From a virus, in the IMG/VR virus record IMGVR_UViG_3300007274_000026, positions 8,541 to 72,540 of that record: a DNA stretch of 64,000 nt. One strand, written 5' to 3'. The notes under the pieces are model-generated. The model worked only from the letters and a program-made list of their open reading frames with translations. It did not search any database and was not told where the DNA came from. Made by a program: the position numbers and the translations under genes. Positions 39,758 to 48,313 of this stretch are shown one piece after another; the first letter of the stretch is position 1, and every line of letters starts with the position of its first letter.

Positions 39758-39786
39758 GCAAGCGGCGACTAAAAGCCACCGCTTGC
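39758..39786 (-). other. 13-bp hairpin closing the repeat array
   Basis: GCAAGCGGTGGCT-TTT-AGTCGCCGCTTGC. Confidence 0.75.
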
Positions 39787-39788
39787 AG

Positions 39789-40353
39789 TTGCCGCGTCAT
39801 GCCCGTGCAATCCGCGCCCAGCCGTGCGACGCCAGCTGAGCCGCGCCAGGTCCTGCCAGGTCCTGCCTGGCCCCGCCATGCCGCGCGCTGCCCAGCCATG
39901 CCTGCCGCGCCTTGCCCAGCCTGGTCACGCCGAGCCACGCCTGCCGTGCCTTGCCTCGCCGCACCGTGCCGCGCCATGCCCAGCCATTTCCTGCCTTGCC
40001 GAGCCTGCGTTGCCCAGCCAAGCCTAGCCCTGCCGTACCGCGCCTCACCGCGCCGCACCTGGCCTCGCCTGCCGTGCCTAGCCCGGCCACGCAGCGCCGA
40101 ACCCTGCCTTGCCGCGCCTGCCGTGCCCCACCCTGCCTTGCCAAGCTCGGCCACGCCCTGCCATGCCTGCTGTGCCATGCCTCGGCGCGCCATACCTCGC
40201 CCGGCCATGCCTGGCCTCGCCTGCCGTGTGAAGCCACGCCTTGCCTCGCCCGGCCCCGCCTGGCCATGCCGGGCCGTGCCTCGCCTCGCCTGCCGTGTAA
40301 AGCCGTGCCGGACCCCGCCCTGTCTTGCCATAACTTGCCTCGCCTGCCGTGCC
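39789..40353 (-). ncRNA. Array of GGY-NN pentamers in 10 units (candidate guide RNA precursor)
   Basis: 105 pentamers and 10 tetramer punctuation marks (GGCA/AGCA/CGCA/AGCT) account exactly for 565 nt. The repeat is directly seen; the RNA function is inferred. Confidence 0.75.
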
Positions 40354-40362
40354 GTGAATAAA

Positions 40363-40378
40363 GGGGGCCGCAGCCCCC
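40363..40378 (-). other. GC hairpin opening the array
   Basis: GGGGGC-TGCG-GCCCCC followed by TTTATT. Confidence 0.7.
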
Positions 40379-40394
40379 ATTGAGCAGGTCAAGG

Positions 40395-41036
40395 TCACTC
40401 AAGACCAGCGACTTCAAACAGACCGTTCCCTAAACCAGCAGAAGATTTGGAATCAGGGCGACCTTCACCGATGCCGACCTGCATGCCAACGCGGGCAATC
40501 AAGTTCAAAACATCTTGTTCGCTCAACATTCCATTATCAAAACGGATCCGCAGGTTTGCTGTCCAAGGGAAATAAGTCGGACGCGGGCGCAAGTCGATAA
40601 CACCTGAACTGTTCCGACAAGGCGAGGTGATGATCTTGTGATCTCCGTAAATCCGAACGAGCGGGGTGCTGTCTTCCTCGTCAAAGCCATCGGCCTCAAC
40701 GAACAGAGCGAGCTTGGCCTTCGTCATCACGAAGCCAGCAGCGCGACAAGCGCTGATCGCTGCGTTACGGAACGAAGCGGCGTGGATGCCATCCCAGCCA
40801 TCATCAGAGATGTGACGGGCGGCGTTACCAACAGCTTCAAAGTCTTTGGCTTCCCGTTTTTTCTTAGAGCTTGATTGACTGCCAGCCTCCTGCTTGGCCT
40901 GCATCTCGGCTTGAGCTTTGCTGCTGAATTTGTTTATTACCAGCGGTGCAGTTCCTTTGAGCTTGAATCCGATGGTGCAGAAATCAGGAGCGCTGATCAG
41001 CAGGGCTTTGCCTGCCTTTGTGGCGGTTGAAGTCAT
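40395..41036 (-). CDS. Stand-alone RAMP / Cas7-like protein
   Basis: N-terminal strand FKLKGTAPLVI, GIHAASFRNAA (cf. RAMP IPxSSxKG), C-terminal Gly-rich loop VGIGEGRP...GLGNGLFEV; start at MTSTAT after an ACCACC leader. Confidence 0.7.
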   Translation of the reverse strand: MTSTATKAGKALLISAPDFCTIGFKLKGTAPLVINKFSSKAQAEMQAKQEAGSQSSSKKKREAKDFEAVGNAARHISDDGWDGIHAASFRNAAISACRAAGFVMTKAKLALFVEADGFDEEDSTPLVRIYGDHKIITSPCRNSSGVIDLRPRPTYFPWTANLRIRFDNGMLSEQDVLNLIARVGMQVGIGEGRPDSKSSAGLGNGLFEVAGLE

Positions 41037-41094
41037 GGTGGTTTCGAAAAAGGTGCCCGAAGGCGTGAATAGCGAAGCCGTTGCCTCGCTTGTG

Positions 41095-41120
41095 CAAACA
41101 ATACCACAGCTAGCTAGCAC
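41095..41120 (-). promoter_or_regulatory. Promoter cassette for the RAMP-array unit
   Basis: Minus strand GCTAGCTAGCTGTGG-TATTGT, just after terminator GGCTCCGC-AAAT-GCGGAGCTTTTTT (41126-41152). Confidence 0.65.
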
Positions 41121-41172
41121 AGGCAATAAAAAAGCTCCGCATTTGCGGAGCCTTGAATCTGTGGGGTGTTGA

Positions 41173-41448
41173 TCAGTTCGCTTTGAACGTTGCAATCACC
41201 CGTGATGCCACTGCCTCGGCATCGTGTCGGTTGAGTTTGCCGCGGCCTGCTGCCAGTGCAGCAGAGACAGCGGCGGCATAGTTGCCCTTCAGCTGTTTGC
41301 CACCGTGAAGGCGATCCATGATCGCCCCCTGAATCCAGACCGTTCGGAACTGGTCTCGTTTGATGGCTGCTTGTTCAACCTGTTCGAGCACTTCGGGATC
41401 AAGCCGAAGTTTGACCTCCTTACCCGCTGCCATCAGAACGGCGCCCAC
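41173..41448 (-). CDS. Ribbon-helix-helix protein
   Basis: VKLRLDPEVLEQVEQAA...RTVWIQGAI. Confidence 0.55.
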   Translation of the reverse strand: MGAVLMAAGKEVKLRLDPEVLEQVEQAAIKRDQFRTVWIQGAIMDRLHGGKQLKGNYAAAVSAALAAGRGKLNRHDAEAVASRVIATFKAN

Positions 41449-41774
41449 TCTGCGGACGCAGGCTCAGCAGAAGAGCCATCAGCCTTGGCGGCCTTGCGGG
41501 CAATCTCTGCCTTTTGTTCGGTCCAGTCGCGGATTTCAACCTTAATTACTGGTTTGTTTCCCTCGGGTGCGTTCTTCCATGCGGAAGCATCGAGCTTCAC
41601 AACTTCAACACCATTTCGCTCATCCATCACGGTCGGCAGCTCTTTGGCTTGATAAGCCTGAGAGAGGTCACGAAGCACGGTGATAGGAATCGACAGAGAG
41701 CCACGAGCATCGGGCTGACGGCTGCCTTCCGTCTTGTACTGGTTTGGCCAAAGGGCCAGATCAAAGCCTTTCAT
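41433..41774 (-). CDS. Single-stranded DNA-binding-like protein
   Basis: QPDARG, ASAWKN, acidic/aromatic tail EWAPF; adjacent to ERF. Confidence 0.55.
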   Translation of the reverse strand: MKGFDLALWPNQYKTEGSRQPDARGSLSIPITVLRDLSQAYQAKELPTVMDERNGVEVVKLDASAWKNAPEGNKPVIKVEIRDWTEQKAEIARKAAKADGSSAEPASAEWAPF

Positions 41775-41827
41775 AGATCCTTGAAGTCAAGTGTTTGCCG
41801 GTGCCGTCCCTGGACAGCGTGCCAATC

Positions 41828-42451
41828 TTAACTAATCGCGGTCCAGTTATCAAGAGCTGGATTCACGACGCGATAGACCATCGTTCGACGCGCATGGCTC
41901 TTGCTGCTTTTCATCGCACGGAGTTCGCCCGTTTCGATCAGCGCGCCCATCTTCTTGAGCCCCATCGTCAACCCACCCCATGCGTTGTGGTGATGAGGAA
42001 CGATGCCCTGCTGTTCGCAGGTCAGACGGAAATCTTCTGACGTTGCCTCCCGTCCAGCCCAGACACGCAAAATGCAGGCGATGGCTTTCTGGCGAAAGTC
42101 AGAGCCTGCATTGGTTGTCACTTTGGCCAGGTTGAAATCCCGTTCTTCCTTGGCAGCGCCCGGAGATGGCCAGGACCAATCCAGCGCGCCGCCGTAAGGA
42201 TCCGCCTCAGTTACGGGCGGATTGCTGGGCCTTTCGCTGACGGAACTGCTGCTTTCGGGCTTGCGGTCAGATCCGCGTTGCCCGAGGGAACCCCAGTCGG
42301 ACGACGCCCAGCTGAAGTCGTGTAGGTAGGTCCCGCGTTCAGGTTGTTTGTTGTGACGCTGAGGCCGGTGCGGCTTGGCACCGAATAACTCTGGCTGTAA
42401 TAGGCCATCGGGTTGGGGGGCACTGCTGCCCCCATTCTGACGGGTTGTCAT
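41828..42451 (-). CDS. Hypothetical protein with a C-terminal winged-helix-like domain
   Basis: PHHHNAWGGL...SHARRTMVYR. Confidence 0.5.
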   Translation of the reverse strand: MTTRQNGGSSAPQPDGLLQPELFGAKPHRPQRHNKQPERGTYLHDFSWASSDWGSLGQRGSDRKPESSSSVSERPSNPPVTEADPYGGALDWSWPSPGAAKEERDFNLAKVTTNAGSDFRQKAIACILRVWAGREATSEDFRLTCEQQGIVPHHHNAWGGLTMGLKKMGALIETGELRAMKSSKSHARRTMVYRVVNPALDNWTAIS

Positions 42452-42465
42452 CGCTAGCTAGTCCC

Positions 42466-42942
42466 TTACCAACCTGCGCCTAATCCTGCATTGGCCGGCG
42501 CTGCCTTGCCGTTGCTGGATGCACGCTTGGTCTTGATGCCTGATGCGGTGTTGCCGTCATCATCGGCACCGGCCGTGATGCCGAGCAAGCCGCAGACGTT
42601 GTAACGCTGCGCATAAGTTTCACACCCGCCAACCTTCTGCGGAGCTGGATCAGTCACAGGGAAATAGCTGCTGCGCCATCCGCCTGACTTGAAGTGGGTG
42701 ATCGTGGTGACGAAATAGAAGCGCTCGCCAACGATGACGCCTGCGGTGGAAATGCCAATCCCTTGCTTGAGCAAAGCAGGCGTGACAGCTGACAGCACGT
42801 CTTCTAGCGGTGCGTAGCTGGATTTGAAATGAGGGTTGTTGGCGGACTTGGTCAGGTCGACAAAGTCAGGGCGAGCCTTGGAGATGGCTTCATCCAGCGC
42901 CTTAACGCCGTCGATGTCTGGCCCGCTGTTGGGAGAAAGCAT
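42466..42942 (-). CDS. erf: ERF-family single-strand annealing protein
   Basis: NPHFKSSYAPL, QKVGGCETYAQRY, GITAGADDDG. Confidence 0.85.
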   Translation of the reverse strand: MLSPNSGPDIDGVKALDEAISKARPDFVDLTKSANNPHFKSSYAPLEDVLSAVTPALLKQGIGISTAGVIVGERFYFVTTITHFKSGGWRSSYFPVTDPAPQKVGGCETYAQRYNVCGLLGITAGADDDGNTASGIKTKRASSNGKAAPANAGLGAGW

Positions 42943-43198
42943 GGAGATGCGGTGGTTGACCCCTTTACTGTACCAGTATTGGCTAGCCCGGCAGTGAGCC
43001 GAAAAGAGCGTTTCTAGCCAGTCAGGTCCAGTTAACTGGTGCTTAAGCGGACTGTCGTCTTAAAATCAAAGTTCATGTAACGCTTAATACGCGAATTGTT
43101 GAAACGGCATTGCACGACGCAAGCGGAAGCTGATTGGTGCTGGCGAAATCGCCAGGTTCTTATGGAAGCAGCAAATGAATCTGAAATTCAGATCCTGG

Positions 43199-43930
43199 TC
43201 ACAGTTGCAGGACACGATCTAGCTTTTCGGGCGACTTCTCAATCTCCAGCAAAGTCTTTAAATCAAACTTGACTTCTGTCATTGCCGTTAGCGCCACGCA
43301 AACGGCTAGTGATTCGGTTTCAGCCTCAGCAGCGCTAAAGGAATCCAAGCCCATCACAACGGTTTTCAGCCGCAACACGCGGGATTCGTCTTGTGATGGG
43401 TAGAACTTCGCCAGCTGGTCCAGGTTGTCAAGGATGTCGCCTGGCAACGACTGCAGGACATAGCGAACACAACGGCCAAGGTCTTCGATGGCGAAAGTTT
43501 TTGGCGGATCAACAGCAGACCAGTCGACTTCAAGCCAGTCGCTAGGCAAAAAACATTCTTGAGCAATGCCTAGAAACAGCTCTGCAAAATCAGCCGTAGC
43601 AAATGGCGCACCGTCTCCTTTCGTGACAGGCGGGATGAGATTCAGCAGTTCACGCAACGAGCTGTTTGCCGGATCAATCTTTTTGACGTGATAGTTAAAG
43701 GCGGCGGTGTTCAGAGCTCCAAAAGCGTCAAAGGTGTAAATGCTGATTTGCTTTTGCAGGCCAACGCGCAAGCCTGAAAGCTGAGCAGAGTGCAGACGGT
43801 TGTCTCCTAATGCCATCTCAGTAGCGCGACAAAAGGAAGCGGAGTTAAGGGTTGAACGCTGGAGCCAGGTTTGGAGACATGAAGCAAACACTTCACGCCC
43901 CTTCAAATGACGGGGGAGAGCATTAGCCAT
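43199..43930 (-). CDS. Hypothetical protein, possible repressor-like regulator
   Basis: Divergent from the 44060 ORF; HTH-like N-terminus. Confidence 0.45.
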   Translation of the reverse strand: MANALPRHLKGREVFASCLQTWLQRSTLNSASFCRATEMALGDNRLHSAQLSGLRVGLQKQISIYTFDAFGALNTAAFNYHVKKIDPANSSLRELLNLIPPVTKGDGAPFATADFAELFLGIAQECFLPSDWLEVDWSAVDPPKTFAIEDLGRCVRYVLQSLPGDILDNLDQLAKFYPSQDESRVLRLKTVVMGLDSFSAAEAETESLAVCVALTAMTEVKFDLKTLLEIEKSPEKLDRVLQL

Positions 43931-44059
43931 CCGTTCTCTGCTTAAAGCGAATCATGCGCACCATAACGCGGTCTTTAACTAATTTGCTCTTCCTACATAG
44001 GACGGAAAGAACAAAAACGTTTCTTCATGAATCCTAGCTAATGCTGGTATCGTGTTGGC

Positions 44060-44332
44060 ATGGAAGACCAGCAGTCACAACTTCGTCATCACGCCGATCA
44101 AGCACGCGTGGCCAACGCCCGCATGGAATACCTCTTCAGCGGCCACGAAAAGGCCCTAGGAGAAGCGCTAGACCGTCGCGATAACGCCACCACCCCAGAG
44201 GAACTAAAGGCGGCTTGGGCGGCAATAGAGGAGCTTCATGCGGCCGAACTGGCTGACTTTGATCGCATCGCTCAATGGATGGGCGAATCACACGAAGCGA
44301 TCATTGGCGAGCACCTTGAACGGCAGGGCTAG
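44060..44332 (+). CDS. Hypothetical helical protein
   Basis: Near-leaderless behind CTAGCTAATGCTGG-TATCGT. Confidence 0.45.
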   Translation: MEDQQSQLRHHADQARVANARMEYLFSGHEKALGEALDRRDNATTPEELKAAWAAIEELHAAELADFDRIAQWMGESHEAIIGEHLERQG

Positions 44333-45753
44333 TTAAAACCGGCAAGGTTGGGCTGAAACAAAGCGCAGCGATCTGGCACAAAAGCAACCTTGAATGACCC
44401 GGTGTAGCCCTGCCGGTTCTTCAGCGCAGCAATCACCATGTCGGTGTCGTTTTCATCCGCGGAGTAATAGCCCGGTCGAGTCAGCCCCAGAACGACGTCG
44501 GCATCCTCTTCGATCCGCCCCGAGTCGCGCAGGTCAGCGAGCGATGGCATTTTTTCCTGACGCTCCTCAAGGGCTCGGTTGACCTGGCACAACAGCAGCA
44601 CATCGATGCCGAGCTTGTTTGCCGTCGTCTTGATCTGCCGCGTGGCCTCGCCAAGCGCAGTGGCTCGGTTGCCATTGCCTACGTTCAGCAACCCAACGTG
44701 ATCAATCACAAAAAGCCGGGTGTCCGGGTTGGTTCGAGCAAACAGCTTCATGCTGTTGCAGATCGCGCCAGGGGTGCAGTCAAAGTTGTCCACCACCTTG
44801 AAGTTGTCATCCAGCGCGGCAGCGGTTCCCTCTTGGCTCATGTAGCGCTCACGCAGGGTGCCGGTCATTGCGTGAGCCTGAATCATGGCGTAGGTGATCG
44901 GCAGCTCCCCAAGCCGGCCTTCGCGTTCGCACAACAAAAAATCCATTGCAGCAATCAGCCGGGTGCTGATCTCCGTGGCCTGCATCTCCATGCTCCACAT
45001 CGCCACCTTCCCGCCAGTTAAAGCCACGCGCATGGCCAAATTGAGAGCAAGCGCTGTTTTGCCCATGCCGGGACGAGCCGCAACGATGATTAGCTTTCCA
45101 GGGTCTGGGGCGCCGGGGCCGGAAAAGCCACCACCCAAAATTTTGTCAATACCAAGCAAACCTGAGCTGATCTTGGCCGATGGCTTCAAGGGCTCCAGGA
45201 ATTCACGCCAGTGCGCCAGGAAAGAATTCTTGTCAGGTGCGGTGCAGGTGGGAACAGCATCAACAGCCGCCATTGCGGCAGTGATGTAATCCCTCGCGTC
45301 AGCCGCTGTTGATGGCCGGGGCGGGAGGTTGTAAAGCTGATCGGCCTTAGCCAGCGCTTCTTGGACCCGTCGGCGCTTTTGCTTTTCCCACCAAATGGGG
45401 ATCTCTTTCTCGATGAATTCGTCCAGGACGAAGTAAGACGTCGCGTTGCCGCAATTGGCATAAGCCGCCCGACTCCAGCCTGTCTCCCCAGAGAGCTCCT
45501 CCGCCCGATCTAGGACGGCTGTATCGGTAATCCGAGCATTGGGGTCATGGGCCAGGGTTGCCAGCTCAAACAACGCCAGGAACAGATAACGGTGATCGTC
45601 TTCCTGAAACCAGGTCTCGTCGACACAAGTCAGCAGCTGAGTTGTGTTCTGAAGGTTCCGCTTGCGGAGCATCATTTCGGCAGCGCCGCCAATGAAGCGC
45701 TGCTCATCTTTGAACGTGTCCCAATCGCTGGGACTCTCAATCGGGTCGAACAT
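44329..45753 (-). CDS. dnaB: DnaB-like replicative helicase
   Basis: AARPGMGKT, SMEM, VIDHVGL, LCQVNR, DLRDSGRIEEDADVV, KNRQG. Confidence 0.93.
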   Translation of the reverse strand: MFDPIESPSDWDTFKDEQRFIGGAAEMMLRKRNLQNTTQLLTCVDETWFQEDDHRYLFLALFELATLAHDPNARITDTAVLDRAEELSGETGWSRAAYANCGNATSYFVLDEFIEKEIPIWWEKQKRRRVQEALAKADQLYNLPPRPSTAADARDYITAAMAAVDAVPTCTAPDKNSFLAHWREFLEPLKPSAKISSGLLGIDKILGGGFSGPGAPDPGKLIIVAARPGMGKTALALNLAMRVALTGGKVAMWSMEMQATEISTRLIAAMDFLLCEREGRLGELPITYAMIQAHAMTGTLRERYMSQEGTAAALDDNFKVVDNFDCTPGAICNSMKLFARTNPDTRLFVIDHVGLLNVGNGNRATALGEATRQIKTTANKLGIDVLLLCQVNRALEERQEKMPSLADLRDSGRIEEDADVVLGLTRPGYYSADENDTDMVIAALKNRQGYTGSFKVAFVPDRCALFQPNLAGFN

Positions 45754-45767
45754 GTGTGGTGGTTGTA

Positions 45768-46613
45768 TTAGACCAGCGGCTTCAGCGGTGGGCCTGGCCT
45801 TGGTCGATCATTGTTAGCTAGTCCCGGTCCTTTGGCAAGTCCAAGGTCTCGGGCGATGTCGCGAACGAGCTTGTTCTTGCCCGCATGACCAAGCGATAAC
45901 CAGCCCGCTTGGGCTGCTTGCGCAAGGTATTCATCAGCGATGCGGGAATCAATCGCAATCATTTCTCGCAACGCTTTGGCGGATAGCTGGCGACTGCCCC
46001 AAGGATCGGTTCTGTGTTTTTTGTCATAGCGCTCTTCAAGCCAAGCCTTGATCTGTTCTTTCCTGCCAGCGAAGTCAGGCGGGATGCCATCGATCCAGCT
46101 GATCAGAGTCTGAGCTTTCTTTTCAGCAGGTGTCAGCCGTTTTGTTTTCGGCGCGGGTGTTTCCCCCCTCTGGGGGGTAAGGGGGGTTTTTCTTGTTAAT
46201 GGGTTCTTGTTAATGGGTTCTTGTTTGTGTCCGGGATCCCGGAGGGGTGGTGTCCGGTTTTCCGGAGGGGTGGTGTCCGGGTTCCCGGAGGGGTGGGTGT
46301 CCGAAAATGCGGAGGGGTGGTCAACCCGGCAGCGGTAAACAGTGGTGAATCCAGGCCGTTCAACGGCATGAATCCAGCCCTCACCGATCAGCCATTTCAT
46401 GATCTCGGTAAGGCGGTTGTGATCAATCCGGGCCTCTGCCGCAACCGTCTTGCGAGAACACCAACAACCCTCATCGCTGGCAAAGGCGTGGCGATAGACC
46501 ACGTTGTAAACGGCCCAGTGGTCGTTTGACGGGGCATCGTCCATCAACTTCCAAGGGGTTATTGAAAATCCCGTCCTGCTAAAGCTGGCTCCCGGTTCGC
46601 GTTGATTACTCAT
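45768..46613 (-). CDS. Replication initiator (lambda O-like, N-terminal HTH)
   Basis: CWCSRKTVAAE...GWI...TTVY; internal iterons; upstream of dnaB. Confidence 0.75.
   Translation of the reverse strand: MSNQREPGASFSRTGFSITPWKLMDDAPSNDHWAVYNVVYRHAFASDEGCWCSRKTVAAEARIDHNRLTEIMKWLIGEGWIHAVERPGFTTVYRCRVDHPSAFSDTHPSGNPDTTPPENRTPPLRDPGHKQEPINKNPLTRKTPLTPQRGETPAPKTKRLTPAEKKAQTLISWIDGIPPDFAGRKEQIKAWLEERYDKKHRTDPWGSRQLSAKALREMIAIDSRIADEYLAQAAQAGWLSLGHAGKNKLVRDIARDLGLAKGPGLANNDRPRPGPPLKPLV
46190..46320. repeat. Iteron cluster / probable replication origin
   Basis: CCGGAGGGGTGG(G)TGTCCG at 46239, 46262 and 46285 (23-bp period), partial copy at 46310; adjacent TTCTTGTTAATGGG x2. Confidence 0.75.
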
Positions 46614-46824
46614 GAATCAACCAGCCTCCTGCCAAAAGCAATAGGTCAAATCCTTTGCGAACGGTCGGGCTTGCGTTGTTGATGTCTTTGTGGGTGCAGC
46701 CGGGGGTTGATTTGATGAACTCAACGCAGGCCACAACTTCTGCACCCATAGCTGCGTAACGCTCAGGCGCCCAACTTGTGAGCATTCGAATCGTCTGCAG
46801 CCTCTCAGGCCGAGTGGATGTCAT
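46606..46824 (-). CDS. Hypothetical protein
   Basis: Coupled to the initiator gene. Confidence 0.45.
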   Translation of the reverse strand: MTSTRPERLQTIRMLTSWAPERYAAMGAEVVACVEFIKSTPGCTHKDINNASPTVRKGFDLLLLAGGWLIHE

Positions 46825-46912
46825 AATGACCTCAAGAACTTTTGTTTTCGACCCCGTTGGCCCTGGCAGGCTGCGGGGTCTTTTTCATGGTACGGGCTGG
46901 AACCGGGACTGG

Positions 46913-47071
46913 CTAGCCGCTGTTGGGAGTTTGCAGCGCTTGCATCACTGCCCGACGAACCCAGTGGGTCACGCTCATGAAGTCAGCTTCAGCACGTTGC
47001 TCAAGCTGCTCAAAGGCGTTCTTCTCAATGCGGATCTGGACGTGTCTCCATTCAGTTTTGGGTCGTGTCAT
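46913..47071 (-). CDS. Ribbon-helix-helix protein
   Basis: Manual translation HVQIRIEKNAFEQLEQRAEADFMSVTHWVRRAV. Confidence 0.55.
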   Translation of the reverse strand: MTRPKTEWRHVQIRIEKNAFEQLEQRAEADFMSVTHWVRRAVMQALQTPNSG

Positions 47072-47074
47072 TGG

Positions 47075-48313
47075 TCAGAGTTTTTTGAAGGTTTGAATCT
47101 CGGCAATGTCAGACAGCATCAGCCGTTCACGTTTGGCTTTGGTGTTTGTCATCGCCATCTGCGGGTTCTGTGCCTGCTGGATCTTTCGAGTGCTGTAGGC
47201 CACGTCATGGAGCACATAACCAGCAGCAACCCACCACTGACGAAGCAGGTCACAAGTCATGATCCGGCCGTGATCCCAGTCGCAAAAGTTTGGGGCCATT
47301 ACTGACACCAACCCGCCCGGCTGTTGCGCTGCTGCAACGCTTGCCGCTACGGCTTGCATTGCTTCTGACCAGCCAGCTAAATCCATGTTGGCAATGTCGT
47401 CGGTGTCCTCCGAATAAGCCCCAACAACCTGCCCGAAATAAGGCACATCCATGAAGACATAATCCGGGTGATAGTCGGCAGGCAGTCCCTGCGTGGCGTC
47501 CAACTGCTCAATCTGATCTTTGTATCGACCACGGGGCAGCCGATCAAACATCCTCAGGTTGAACTCAACTTCACGGCCCCTGGCCCACCGTGCGCGGTCT
47601 TCATAAACCCGCATGGCCTGGCCGCTACCGGCCATCAGATCACAAACCTCACCACCATCTGGCGCGTAATACCAGAAGCAGTTGGCGTAGATCTCACCGG
47701 GGATGTAGCCGTGGGATTCGCCGGATTCATCGATGCGGTCGTAGTGAACCGAAGCAAAGTTCCAGTTATCAGACGGCTTGATCAGTGGGCTGTGTTCCCC
47801 TTTAGCTGTCTTTGGATTTGCAGCGCGAACGATGCCTTCGGTTGATAGGAACTTTGTCGGTTCTTTGTGTTTCTTGTCTCTGGCTTGAGACTTCCCGTCA
47901 CTGACGCTTTTTTCAAACTTGGCGTCATCAATCTTGGCCAAAGCCCGGGCGGTCTTAGCCATGTGTTTAGTAATGCCCTGCTCCGCAAGCGTGAGTGGCT
48001 GATCTTCTGTTGATTTAGGCGGGGCGTTCAACTCCCCGCCTAAATTCGGGCGACCCTTTCCGGCATTGCCGGTGTTCTTTGGCATCTGCAGAAGCAGTTG
48101 CCCTAGCCGGCGTTCAGCCCTGATTCGCAGTTCGGTCGCCTCAAGTTTGATCTCAAGGCTGGCGTTTGCTTCCTTGGTCAGCGCCTCAATGGCCTTGCTT
48201 TTCTGCCGCAGGTAGGCGGCATCATCCACCCGTTGGCAGGCCTCGAGTGCGTGCTGAATGTCCAGCAGCACCGGCAGGATTTCGGCAGGAGGTTGGCTAA
48301 CGGAGAGCGTCAT
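47075..48313 (-). CDS. Amino (m6A/m4C) DNA methyltransferase with an N-terminal helical domain
   Basis: SAM motif DLMAGSG; catalytic-like DVPY; N-terminal RAERRLGQLL. Confidence 0.75.
   Translation of the reverse strand: MTLSVSQPPAEILPVLLDIQHALEACQRVDDAAYLRQKSKAIEALTKEANASLEIKLEATELRIRAERRLGQLLLQMPKNTGNAGKGRPNLGGELNAPPKSTEDQPLTLAEQGITKHMAKTARALAKIDDAKFEKSVSDGKSQARDKKHKEPTKFLSTEGIVRAANPKTAKGEHSPLIKPSDNWNFASVHYDRIDESGESHGYIPGEIYANCFWYYAPDGGEVCDLMAGSGQAMRVYEDRARWARGREVEFNLRMFDRLPRGRYKDQIEQLDATQGLPADYHPDYVFMDVPYFGQVVGAYSEDTDDIANMDLAGWSEAMQAVAASVAAAQQPGGLVSVMAPNFCDWDHGRIMTCDLLRQWWVAAGYVLHDVAYSTRKIQQAQNPQMAMTNTKAKRERLMLSDIAEIQTFKKL

Noticed and set aside
39834-39902. Concatenated NN string of unit 9 contains AGCTAGCT, resembling the genome-wide palindrome
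   Set aside because: I found no extended match to any site by eye. It can arise from the local GGCAGGACCT duplication.
39789-40353. Canonical CRISPR array or simple microsatellite
   Set aside because: There are no 25-45 nt identical repeats with unique spacers. The NN positions vary freely while phase and punctuation are kept, which simple slippage would not produce.
39732-40417. Six overlapping 100-213 aa ORFs (ARQG/PCRA-rich) across the repeat tract
   Set aside because: They are a by-product of a GC-rich 5-nt periodic repeat with few stops. The period is not a multiple of 3 and nearly all frames are open, so a protein product is unlikely.
41037-41195. N-terminal 53 aa of the 266-aa ORF in the track
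   Set aside because: This stretch spans a terminator and promoter; the real start is most likely ATG 41036 after the ACCACC leader.
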